A stretch of DNA of 48,651 nucleotides, filler included, from Jimgerdemannia flammicorona (taxonomy: Eukaryota), in the NCBI GenBank assembly GCA_003990765.1. It is 2 parts of 2 records of this genome, joined end to end, with 100 filler letters (N's around TTAATTAATTAA, not from the genome) between each part and the next. Parts side by side here need not be neighbours in the genome. Positions count along the whole stretch, not along the records: positions 1 to 24,278 come from RBNJ01000994.1; 1 more part is not named here. One strand, given 5' to 3'. Under the pieces are notes generated by a model. The model was given only the letters and a program-made list of their open reading frames with translations. It did not search any database and was not told the origin of the DNA. Position 1 is the first letter of the stretch; every line of letters begins with the position of its first letter. This document shows positions 11,475-23,067 of the stretch, one piece after another. A program made the translations under genes and the position numbers.

Positions 11475-12665
11475 GCTCCTTTCTCTGCTATCTTACTGGT
11501 CACAAGATTTGGTAGACAACCTTTTGAGTTCCCTTTCCCCTATTATTACTCTCTTTACCTTGTATTGGTTTACTGTGTCTGCAGGGACATAGTGGGAGGA
11601 GGGCAATGGTGATAAGTTGCCCTTTTATCAGTATCAGATTGGTGTCTTCTCTACTTTTTTATAGATTCTGATACCTTCAGCTATATCTGAAGTATGCTCA
11701 TTTTAGTATAGTACCTTCTTCCTTTTGCTATTACCAATAAAGTATTATCTCAAAGCATTACAGATTATATAGGGAGTTGGCTGATCTTAGGCATCAAGTA
11801 CCCAGTATAGATTATCTGTAGGTTCTTAATACCTGTGGTGAGATTCTCTGGCTTTGGCAAGCTTTCTAGTAAGCACAGTTCTAGTATATATGACTGTTTT
11901 TCAGATATTGTTGAGATGGGAGGAGAGATGGCTGTCATAAATAAGAGGAAGAGTAATAATGGTAAATCAGTAGAGTGCTAGACTGAGAGCAGTTATCAGG
12001 GCTGGAGTGGGTGCTGCTTCAGTAAGATCTTTTAATTAGTACAGAGCAGTTAGGTAGTAGGTATCACTCTCAGCTTCTTTTGGCAATATGTGGGGTTAGG
12101 CCCCAGTTATTGAAGGAGAGTCAGGGGGCCTGAGGCTACCTATTTCAGATATCTTAGCTGTACTCAACTAAAACTGGAAGCTGATATGGTAATATAATTG
12201 ATGCCCACAGACTTGAGTAGTAGAGTATTAGAGATTTTCTTCCATCTCATATATAAATCCTTTACTTATTTTATCTGGGAGAACTAGGCTCTATCTACTA
12301 TAATACATATACTTTGATGAGAGTTTTTTCTTTATCTGTCATCCTTCTTAGGGTGGTAGGGGCTATTCTATTCAGCTTAGGCATAGTCTTATACATATGT
12401 TGGGGTCTCAGACATATGCTTTTGGTCATTGGCATATGGCTGAATTCCTCCTGGTAATAGAGAGAGTATAGTGCACAGAATGAGATATAGACCACTATAG
12501 ATTCTGCTATATCTAGTATAGTTGAATTGCTGGATAATATCTAGTCTAAGTTAATGAGAAAGCAGTGCTTTATAAGTAGTAGGGGAGAGTTTTAGCCTAT
12601 ATAGTCTAGGTTTCCTTCTAATAAAAATCTGTGGGACTCTGAGTCTGTAAAACAAAAAAAAAAAA
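11475..12665 (+). mobile_element. About 1.19-kb non-coding poly(A) retroposon, older copy
   Basis: Collinear with 47517-48651 from the same 5' start (GCTCCTTTCTC); AATAAA near 12620; poly(A) ends at 12665. Confidence 0.8.
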
Positions 12666-15129
12666 TGTAATTCCTGACTATAAGGAAGATCTTGCCAGTG
12701 TAATCAGAGTCAATTTCTCCTCCTTCAACTGAGATTTTGCTTTTGGCCAGACTGCTCCTAGTCTTGATAATTTCAGCATGGTTTTCTGGCAGCTTGACTC
12801 CAATCCTAGTACCAAGTAGGGTGGTGGTCTGTGGTTTGAGTGTAGTATCTTGAATGCTGGCAAGGTCTATTCCTATGGCTGTATTCTGGGATCTTGGCTT
12901 CAAGGTGAAACTTCTTGACCTTGAGGGTGATGTCTGATTCTTGTTCCTCCTCATCATCACTGTCAGCCTGAAGCTCAGGGGGCTGGTCATCTTCTTTGGC
13001 TTTCCTTTTTACTTTGGCAGCTTCTTGCTCATGTTTTTGTTGGCAGATTTTCCTGACTTCACTGATACAGGACCAGCAGTCATTTAGGTGTTCAGAGCAG
13101 TACATCCTAGTACTATGGGGGCATCTTTCCTGAGAGGCATAGCCATTAATAATCTTGTTATACCACTGCTCATCTGTGAGCTTGGGTGTTTTGTTCTTGT
13201 TCTTGTTTACTGAGTATATAAAGACCTCTGTGTCCTCTTTATCTCCTTCCTCTATGTCTGGTAGGACTCCTTTATAGACATTGATAGAGACTCATACCTT
13301 TCTTCCTCTATAGTTGATCTATATCTCCTGGACATTGAGGTCAATGATGGCCTTGGCCTTATGAAGCCATTGATTGCCAATGAGGATGTCATAGTTGGTG
13401 GTACTTGTAACAATCACATCTACTGGGATGGTAGCTACTCCTATCTTGATAGGGACTTCTTGGATCTTGCTAAGGGGGGGTAGCTCATATACTATCTGCT
13501 GTGACATAGACCATCTTGGTGGACTCTTCAATGTCCCAACCTGGGCAGTCAATTGTCTTCTTGCTCATGAGGCATCCTCTAGCACCAGTATCAATAATGG
13601 TATCAAAGATACAGTCTTTGATCTGATATGGAGTATAGGCTGATGTCTTGCACTGGTCTTTAGATTCTTCACCTGAGTTTTTGAATTCTTCCTGTGCATT
13701 GTGAGCTTCTACAATCTTGTACTCTTGATTCTTAGCAGTAGTTGCAAGTCCTACTCTCAACTGCTGTCTGAAGGCAGGGACTTCGGCTAGCTATCCAAAA
13801 GTAGCATTGACCTTTGTCCTTGTAGATATCATACTGGTGGATCTTGGTCTTGTATAGCTTCTGTTCCTTCTTGCTTTTGCTTTCTCCTGAGACTGGAGTA
13901 GTACCTTCAATGATTTGGCAGACAGCTTTATCTAACTCCATATCTTGATCAATCTCTTCAGGTTGAGTCTTGCTTTGAATAGTGATAGCTGAGGTCTTCT
14001 TTGGTCTTCCAACTGGCTTACTGTTGCTCTTATTGTCATAGGGCTTAGACCAGGTTCTGGTGCCTTCAGTAGCAGGGTAGAATTCAAGCTCCTCATAGTA
14101 TTCTTCATTATCAGTATCACCAATCTCCTTAATGACTACTACATTGGTTTGTTCTCTGGTTCTACTAGCATTGCTTGGTTGGACTTTGCATCTTGTTTTG
14201 ATCATACAATTCTTTACATAGTGGCCTTCTTCTTCACATCTGAAGCATGTGATATTGTGTTCTTCTGTAGCAGCTACAAATCTCTATACTGATCTCCTGT
14301 TGGTGCTTCAGACTTCTCTAACAACATCACCAAGGTATGTAGTCATCTTGGTGAACTGCTTGGCAAGTTCTTCCACTGGGTCAGCTTTGGCTGCCTTGGA
14401 GGTAGGTGGGGTTGGTTATCTGTTTACAATTGTAGCAGATATGATACTAGTTGGCTTTGATGGCTCCATCTTGATACCAGTTATTTTCTCCATTAAGTGT
14501 TCAGCAGAGTGTCTAACAGTCCAATATCTCTGTGCAAAGACCACTTTCTGATCAAGGATCAGTGCAGCTGGGGTAGACTAGATTGCTAGGGCAATTTCAG
14601 GGTAAACTTCTTTGAGGAAAGTTGAATCTGCTATTTGTTCCTTGAGGGTATCATCATAGCTAGCCAAGACAATCTGGTAGTAGATTTGGGTATAGAATGA
14701 GTTGGGATCTTCACTAAGTCCCTGGCAGATAGTATTGAGTTGATCCTTGAGAGCTTGCTTGATTTCTTCAGTATAGTATGTTGTTCTGAGGAAGACCTTC
14801 ATGTTGACAAGTTTGGCTATACTATTATTGGCAATAGTGGCTGTATTGAACTTGTCTCTGGCAGGTCCTCTGAGGCTGACTGATAGAAGGACCAATTGTG
14901 CATCCACACCAAGAGCTTATATGATAGCAAATTGTTCAAAGTCTTCAATGAAGGTCAGGATTGACTTTTTTGTAGTATATCCATAGAATGTGGAGGGGTA
15001 CATTTCTATCTTGTTTTGAATTCTTGCAGGGGTGACTCTTGTAGTCAGAGTAGTTATTGTGGGAGTTGTTTATTTTTTAGCTTGAAAGTGAGAGATTCAT
15101 CTTGAATCACCAGCCAATGGGTACTAAGT
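12666..15129 (-). mobile_element. Gypsy family B internal 5' half: PBS/leader, gag, knuckle, protease, Cys/His module, truncated dUTPase
   Basis: Leader nearly identical to family A; gag SLRGPAR; CFRCEEEGH; IIDTGARG; dUTPase IIKTRSSLAK..EGGEIDSDYTG cut at 12666. Confidence 0.9.
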
Positions 15130-16649
15130 TATCACATAGTGGTCACTGAGTCCTTCAAATATATCAGATTCTCTTCAAGATATATCTCTTAGACTAACTC
15201 AAGTTTGTTATAAGCAAGTTCTTATTGGAGTGCCTTTCCAAGGTCTTATAGTCCTCAAACTTCTTATCTTTAACTGTCTTGTTATCTTTTAGATTACTTG
15301 TAAGGAAGTATATGTAAGTAAACCAGAACTGACTTTATTTCAGAGAAAATAAGAGAAGTATTTATACAAAATATAATTCAATGATTGCTAAGATATAAAG
15401 CTAAATATAAATTTCAATAACTAAAATAAAATGCTAGGATAGAAAAAACTACTAAGTTCCAGAGCCAGCACTGATGGTTGTATAGATTCAGAATACTGGT
15501 ATAATTCAGTATTATGTCAAAATGCTGGTGCTGGTATTATTCAGTATAACTAAGAGACTTAGAGCAGAATGTTCAAGACCATAGGGACTTCATCATCAGA
15601 GATCAGGATGTCTTCGAAGGAGATGAGATCTGCAAACATCTCATCTGTCTCATCATTGTCATTGTCATTATATAGATTGCATATTTTACATACTTTGTAT
15701 ATGTTATGTATCTCACATATATCACATGGGATGATGTCATCACTGATGATATCATCATATTCAGTGGGAAGAAGGTCTGGCACTCTCCAGTCTATGAGGT
15801 TCTCTTTCACAAAATAGAGAACAAATGTGGGGTCTTGGAGAGGTCTAACCTGGATGCTTGGGACTTAGAATACTGAGATCAATCTTTGTAGGAATTGATC
15901 TGAGTTGTCCTGGCGAATGAGATGCCAGAAGTCTTCTACTTCATCACTATTGGACTGGGCTTCTGTAGCCACCCTGGCATCTAGTATATTGATATGGCAG
16001 GATGATAGGTCTCTGAAATCTGGGACTTTAACATACTCCAAGTTGGGGATCGACCATAGTGCATGCCTGAAGATCTGATGGATCTTCTTAGCTGTCCTTG
16101 TTTTGCATATATCCATGAGAGTGGTATCTTGTAGCTCTTGAGTGCTGGCCTGTGGGAACTCCCAGCAGAGGAGGTTTCCTATTTCATACTCCTGCCACAT
16201 TTTGAGACATTCGGTAGTAATGGTGATTCTTGTTTCCATTTCACAACAGTAGAGGATATAGTAATAAGGGTCACTAGTACCCAGGTTGACACTAGGAGTC
16301 CTTCTTGAGCAGATCCTCATGGCTCTTCTAATGTCTTGAAACATCCTTTCTTCAACTAAGGTATCTTAGTGGTTCCTTGATCTTGAGGTTTGGCAAGCAG
16401 TAGACATTTCATTTGTAGTAAGTCTTTAAGCTATTTTGGGATTGGTGGGTCTTATTGATTGCTACTACTGTGGTTTCTTGATCCTTCTTTTATATTTCTC
16501 AAGATATCTGAACTATGGTCACAATGACTCACAGTTGGTCATCATCACTCATCTCATATGCTATATGATCTTCTTGTACTCTGATCTGATGGCTTGTAAG
16601 GAAAGGCTGTCTCCTGTGCTAATGTCATCATTCTGGGGTCATCATTACA
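15130..16649 (-). repeat. Family B 5' LTR, about 1.5 kb, containing ORF3 in U3
   Basis: On the minus strand it starts TGTAATG at 16649, exactly at the junction with family C gag, and ends GTGATA (GTGACA in the other copy) just before the PBS. Collinear with 23068-24278. No convincing PPT between ORF3 and the promoter segment. Confidence 0.75.
15559..16407 (-). pseudogene. Family B ORF3, mutated copy
   Basis: MSTACQ..MFQDIRRAMR..; homologous to the open copy at 23518-24270; contains internal stops. Confidence 0.85.
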
Positions 16650-19600
16650 GTATAAATCAGAGACTGAGAAGCCTTTAAGAGAGCCCTTCACAAGCAGTTC
16701 AAGTCTGTTAATACTACCAAACTAGCCAGAGACAAGCTAGTGAACATTAAGTAACTCAAGTCTATACAAAGCTATAATGCACAATTCTTGTCAATCTTAC
16801 TCAAGCTATCAGCAATATCTGAGTATGAAGAGATAGACTGCTATGTCCAAGGTCTGAAAGGAAATACACAAGTCAAGGTCAAGCTAGAAGAGTCCAAAAA
16901 CCTTGATGAAGTCATAAGAATTGCTGATAGGTTTGATGTTATCACCTTTGGTAACTACTTCAAACCAGAATACTACAAGAAGAACTACTTCAAGAACTAC
17001 TACAAGAACCAACCAAGGACAGTTAGCCCAGCACCAATAAACTTAGACACTATGAATAGAAAGAACACCAAGCTTACTTCTGAAGAAAAAGACCATCTGA
17101 AGAAATCTGGAGCTTGTTTCTTTTATTGCCAAACAGAACACATTGTAACCAAATATCCAAAGAAGACTAGTGAACCCTCAAGACCAGTCACTGTGTTGTC
17201 CAAAGACATATCTGTCAACCCTACTATCAGTCAACCCAAGCTCAAGATTAAGAAGCTTCATCCAAGGGCCTAGACCCCTTAATATCAAATAGAAGGAGCC
17301 ATTGATCTTGACTTACACTTAGTCAAACAAGTCACTATTTCAGCCAAAGGCTGAACTATGGTACCTACTGGAATAGCAGTTCAATGTCCTGAAGGACATT
17401 ATACCAGAATTACACCATAATCAGGACTTAGTATTAAATATTATTTAAATGTAGGTACTGGTGTCATTAATCCAGACTTTCAAGAACAAGTTCAAGTTCT
17501 ACTTATCAATCAGAAGGATCAAGACTACACAGTTAAGGAAGGAGACTGAGTCATGCAAATTATTCTAGAAAAAGCCAGTAAACTCAAGATTACAGAAGTC
17601 CAAGAACTCTCTGAAACCAAATAAGATTAAAAAGATTTTGGCAGTACTGATCAAGCAGCAAGTCTTAGTGAAAATCGAGCTCAAGCTATGCTCATTTTCA
17701 AAGACCTAGTCAAAGGAAAAGAAGTTTAAGTACTCATAGACAGCAGAGCTGCAGGGAACTTCATCAATTAGAATCTTATCAAAAGCCTCAAGATCCTTAT
17801 CAAGCCTATATCCAAGAACAATAGTATAGTTACTACAGATGATACCCTGCACTCCATTAAGTCAATTGCCACCAAACTACCCATTAAGATCCAGAAATAT
17901 TAGGAATAAGTAGACTTTGAGGTTGTACTACTAGGAGATTATGACCTAATCTTAACTTACAAAACATAACCCTGACATTGATTGATATAAGAATGAAGTC
18001 ACTCTACTTCAAGATGGAGCCAACATCACTATCAAGACAAATAAGATCATAAACAAGACCCAGATTATAATACTATCAGCTATACAGTACAAGAGAGCAC
18101 TCAAGAAGGCAATGTATATCTTTATTATAATAGTCTGTCTCAAGAAACAAGACAAGAGACTATTAGTTAATGAAAGCATTAAGTTCCTGCTAAAAGAATT
18201 CAAGGATGTCTTTTCAGACAAGCTACCTGATCTACCATCAACATATTATGAAATCAAACTAACTCCAGGAGCTATACTATTCAAGAAGTACATGTACCAC
18301 ATGTCACTACTTGAAATTGAAGCAGTCAAGAAGGAACTAGAAGAACTACTTATACAAGGAGCCATTCAGCCAAACAAATCTCCTTATGGCTTACCAGTCT
18401 TATTCATCAAGAAGAAGAATAGTACTCTATGAATGTACATAGACTATCATGTACTCAATAAACTTACTGTTAAGAACTACTATCCACTACCCTTGATTGA
18501 TCAAATCTTTGATACTCTCAAGAATACCAAGTACTTCACTAAGTTAGACCTTATGTCAGGATATCACTAGATTTGAATTAAGCCAGAAGACATTTCCAAG
18601 ATTGCATTCATGACCCCCTTTAGACTCTACAAATTCCTAGTCTTAGCATTTGGTCTCACCAATGTATCCACCACATTCTAGACCCTGATGAACAATATAT
18701 TCAAGGACTAACTATTTATTTTCCTATTGATATATCTTGATGATATCCTGATCTTTAGTGCAACTAAAGAAGAACACCTCAAATACATTTGAATAGTCCT
18801 GGAGATCCTGTGAAAACACAAGCTTTATGTTAAGCTCAAGAAGTGTGAATTCTTCAAGAAACAAGTCAAATATCTTGGTCACATTGTCTCTGTATAAGAA
18901 ATTCAAGTAGACCCATATAAGATAGAAGCAATTGAAGAATGGCCCATTCCATCAAACCTCACAGAACTCTGATCCTTCCTTTGTCTAGCTGGCTACTACT
19001 GTCACTTTGTCAGAAACTTCTCTGGTATTGATGAGCCACTGACTAACCTCATGAGGAAGACCCCACACTCAGACCACTATGTACCCTACACCTGGGACCT
19101 CTTCTGTCAACAAGTCTTTCAAGAACACAAGAACTACCTGACCCATACTCCAGTCCTGCATAATGCAGATCAAGGCCTAAAATTCATAGTCATCACTGAT
19201 GTATTGAATTTTGCCATTGTCAAAAGATGATGGTAAAGAATATCATTCTATTGCTTTCAAGTCTCACAAGTTAGCCCCAGCTGAACAAAAGCTAGCCACT
19301 TATGAGAAGAAACTACTGACAATAATATATACACTAGACCACTAGTGATACTATCTAGAAGGTGTCAAGTTTGATATTATCACCAATCATCAATCCCTTA
19401 AGTATATCAATACCCCATCTACTCTGTCATATCTATAAGCCAAGTGGAGCCTCAAGCTTCAAACCTTCAACCCAATGATTATCTACAAGCCTGGCAAGAC
19501 ACTTATAGTACCAAATGTCTTATCAAGATGCCCAGATCTTACTACAATCATATAGGACACCTTGGCATCAGAATTCCTAAATCAAATCAGGTAAGCTTAC

Positions 19601-21020
19601 AAAGAAAATGTAATTGTCACTAGAGTTTTCTTGAATGAGCTCAAGGATATATATACTGTCAAGAACAACCTGATCTATTATCAAGATCAAGTCTACCTAT
19701 CTGAAAACATAAACCTACACTACAAGGTTTTATAAGAACACCATGACTCCTCTCTTGCCAGTTACCTGGGAATTGAGAAGACTGCCAAGAATATTCAACA
19801 CTACTACTATTGGCCAAGTATGGTCAAGGAAATCAAGAACTATATTGTTAGCTATAATCTATATTAGTACAATAAGTCTACCAACCAAGCACCAGTTGGT
19901 TTCCTACAACCACTGCTAATTCCCACCAAGAAATTTGAGCAAGTTACCATAGACTTTATAACTCAACTACTATGAACTTAATCTGGTGCTAATGTTATCA
20001 TCATATTCATTGACTGCCTAATCAAAACTATGGTTACTGAATCAACCACTATCAATGCTACTGTACCTGAGATTGCAAGAATCTTCTTCAAGTCCATCTT
20101 CTATCACTATAGCCTACCATGAGTAATTGTTAGTGATTGTGACCCCAAGTTCACCAGTCACTTCTGGAAAACTCTCTTTAAGACCCTGGGAACCCAATTG
20201 GTTATGTCTACCACCTTTTACCTACAAACTGATGGACAAACTGAGTACATGAATAGAACTTTAGAACAAATGCTTAGAAACTATATTTCTTATAAGTAAG
20301 ATAATTGGAACCACTATCTGACTTATGCAGAGTTTGTATACAATAATGCTGTCTAATCATCTACTGGTCTTTCCTCTTTCTGGTTACTCAATGGTCAAGA
20401 TTCTGAGACCCCTGCACATCTATTATCTTTCAAAAAAATAGTCAAATATAAGTTCCAACCATCAAGAACCTTACAGACAAAATGGATAAACTACTCAAGA
20501 TTGCTACTGTAAATCTTCAGAAGGCTCAACAGCATCAAGCTAAGTATGCTGATAAGAAATACTGTAATATTACTTATACTGTTAGAGATCAAGTCCTACT
20601 GTCTACCAAGAATCTCAAGATATAATCTCAAGTCAACTATCCTTCAAATAAGTTTCAACCCAAGTATATTGGACTTTTTGAGATTACTGAACAAGTCTCT
20701 GCATTCTCCTACCATCTCAAACTACCTGAAACCATGAGAGTACACCCAGTCTTTCATGTGTCATATCTCAAGACATAGAACCAGTCACCACCATACTCTG
20801 GTTGAATGCCTAAGCCTTCTGTCCCTATGATTATTGAAGACTATATTGAGTATAAAGCTGAGAAAATTCTTGACAAATGAATCTGCTACTGCTGTCTTGA
20901 ATACCTAGTCAAGTAGATAGGTTATCCTAAATATGATGCTATCTGGGAACCACTGGTCAACCTCAAGAACTCTCAAGATCTAGTTCAAAACTTCAAGGTA
21001 AAATGCATTGTCCAATTCCT
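16650..21020 (+). mobile_element. Gypsy chromovirus family C: partial gag, dUTPase, protease, RT, RNase H, integrase, chromodomain; degenerate, no LTRs recognised
   Basis: gag ARDKL..YVQGLK and GACFFYC. dUTPase about 17240-17650 (RITP*SGLS, GVINPDF, FGST). Protease LIDSRAAGNFI. RT YLDDILIF. Integrase TDGQTE. Chromodomain about 20845-21000 (EKILD..EYLVK*.GY....WEP..NL). Confidence 0.92.
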
Positions 21021-21259
21021 ATAGTGACTTCTTTGGATTATTGACAACCTATATCAATGACCAGTGTCTCATATATTAGAAGTTTACTTTGGGACCCCAG
21101 AACTAGCAGAACATTTAATTAACAAGAAGTCTACTGAAATGAAGCTACTAGCTGGGTTTGAACCTCTCCTAGTTGATTAGTCTAATAATAGGCCCTCTGC
21201 CCTATATGAGGTTGGCCAATCCCCACCAATGTGCCAATACAAGTTTGAGAAATTTTGGT

Positions 21260-22170
21260 TAAGTATATCTCTCAATAATTATATCTCCCTTTTATTATTT
21301 TATTTGATTGGTTATATGTTATGTCTGGCTATCTACCTTAATGATTATATCTTCTTTTTATTATTTTATTTAATGGGTTATATATCATATTAGGCTATCT
21401 GTCTTGATGATTATATGTATATCATACATATCTGGCTATCTGCCTTAATGATTATATCTCTCTTTTATTTTTATTTTATTTGATGGATTATTTTCATATC
21501 TAGCTATCTATTTCAATAATTATATCTTCCTTTTATTTTCATTTTATTTGATAGATTATATATCATATCTGGCTATCTATCTTGATGATTATATCTCCCT
21601 TTTATTTTTATTTTATTTGATGGATTATATTTTGAGTCTGACTATCTGTCTTAATAATTATATCTCCCTTTTATTATTTGATTTGATGAGTTATATATAT
21701 GTCATGTCTGGCTATCTGTCTTAATAATTATATTTTCTTTTTATTATTTTATTTAATAGATTATATATCATATCTAGCTATATATCTTGATGATTATATC
21801 TCTCTTTTATTTTCATTTTATTTGATGGGCTATTTTTATATCTGGTTATCTATCTTGATAATTATATTTCTCTTTTATTATTTTATTTGATAGATTATTT
21901 TCATATCTGGCTATCTGTCTTGATAATTATATTTCTCTTTTATTTTCATTTTATTTAATAGATTTCATTTCATATCTGGCTATCTATCTTGGTGATTCTA
22001 CTCTTTATTTATTTATTTTTATGGGTTATATATTATATTTGGCTATCTGTCTTCACAATTATATCTTCCTTTTATTTTCATTATATTTGATGAATTATAT
22101 GTTATATGTGACTATTTCTCTCAATAATTATATCTCTCTTTTATTTTCAATTTATTTGATAGGTTATGCT
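21260..22170. repeat. Tandem array of about 13 degenerate units of about 67 bp
   Basis: TATCTGGCTATCTGTCTTGATGATTATATCTCCCTTTTATTTTCATTTTATTTGATGG.. recurs mostly at 63-70 bp spacing, with one short unit. Confidence 0.9.
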
Positions 22171-23067
22171 GCCCTTCACTCACCTATCTACTCTTTACTC
22201 ATTATGTTTTTTTCCTACCACCCACCCTCTTTGTAGCCACTCCTCTATGTTTTTTTTTTTTTTTTTAACCACTAGAGCAGTCTTCATAACTATCTATTCC
22301 CTTTACTATCTATTTTTGCCACCCACCCTTCACTTATGGTTCCTTTGTAGCCACTCATCTCTTTGTAGCCACTCACTCTCTTTGTGGCTACCCACTCTCT
22401 TTGTGACCACTCTATACTCAAATATTTTTCACCTAAGAGATAGAGATCAATCCTTTATAGCTGATCACTTACTCTTTATTATCTTCATATTTAGTCACCC
22501 ATCCTTCATAGTATTTATAATCACTCATCTCTCTTTCAAAACTGACCTCTTTTATCATAATGGTCCAATCTATATTCCCAGAGCTCTGAGAGTCAAAACA
22601 GATCACTAATATATCTGAATCTATATTTTCAGAGCCCTGAGAGCCAAAACTGATCATCATAAGTATCTATATAGTTTATTTATCAAAATTATATATTGTT
22701 TATAATATTTATAGTAGGTATAGTAAAACTATCATTTTTTACAAATATATATAGTTCATTAGAATACAGTTTTTTGTAATATTAATCAAGTTAGATTTAG
22801 TTATTTTTTATATATTTTGTATCTGATTCAGGGTTAGCTGAGCAGTAATATCATATATTTTACATATCTTCCAAATATACTTATTTATCTCCTTTGACTC
22901 ATCAAGATAGTATAATATCAATTTGACTAGTTTTGTAATAGCTTATTCTTATTCTAAATCTGTTTTTTCTTATTTTTATTCATATTTATCTTGATATAAA
23001 ACTTTTCCAAAAATGTGGTAGTTCTTCAAAAGTAGTATTAGGGGTATGGAGGTATAAATCTTTGTAT

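Noticed and set aside
21260..22170. Possible CRISPR array (also 38960-39210)
   Set aside because: Head-to-tail degenerate units without unique spacers, no cas genes, and a eukaryotic context.
21699..22609. Hydrophobic ORFs resembling membrane proteins
   Set aside because: Translations of T-rich tandem repeats.
22700..23067. Possible decayed transposase fragment
   Set aside because: No diagnostic motif could be recovered by eye.
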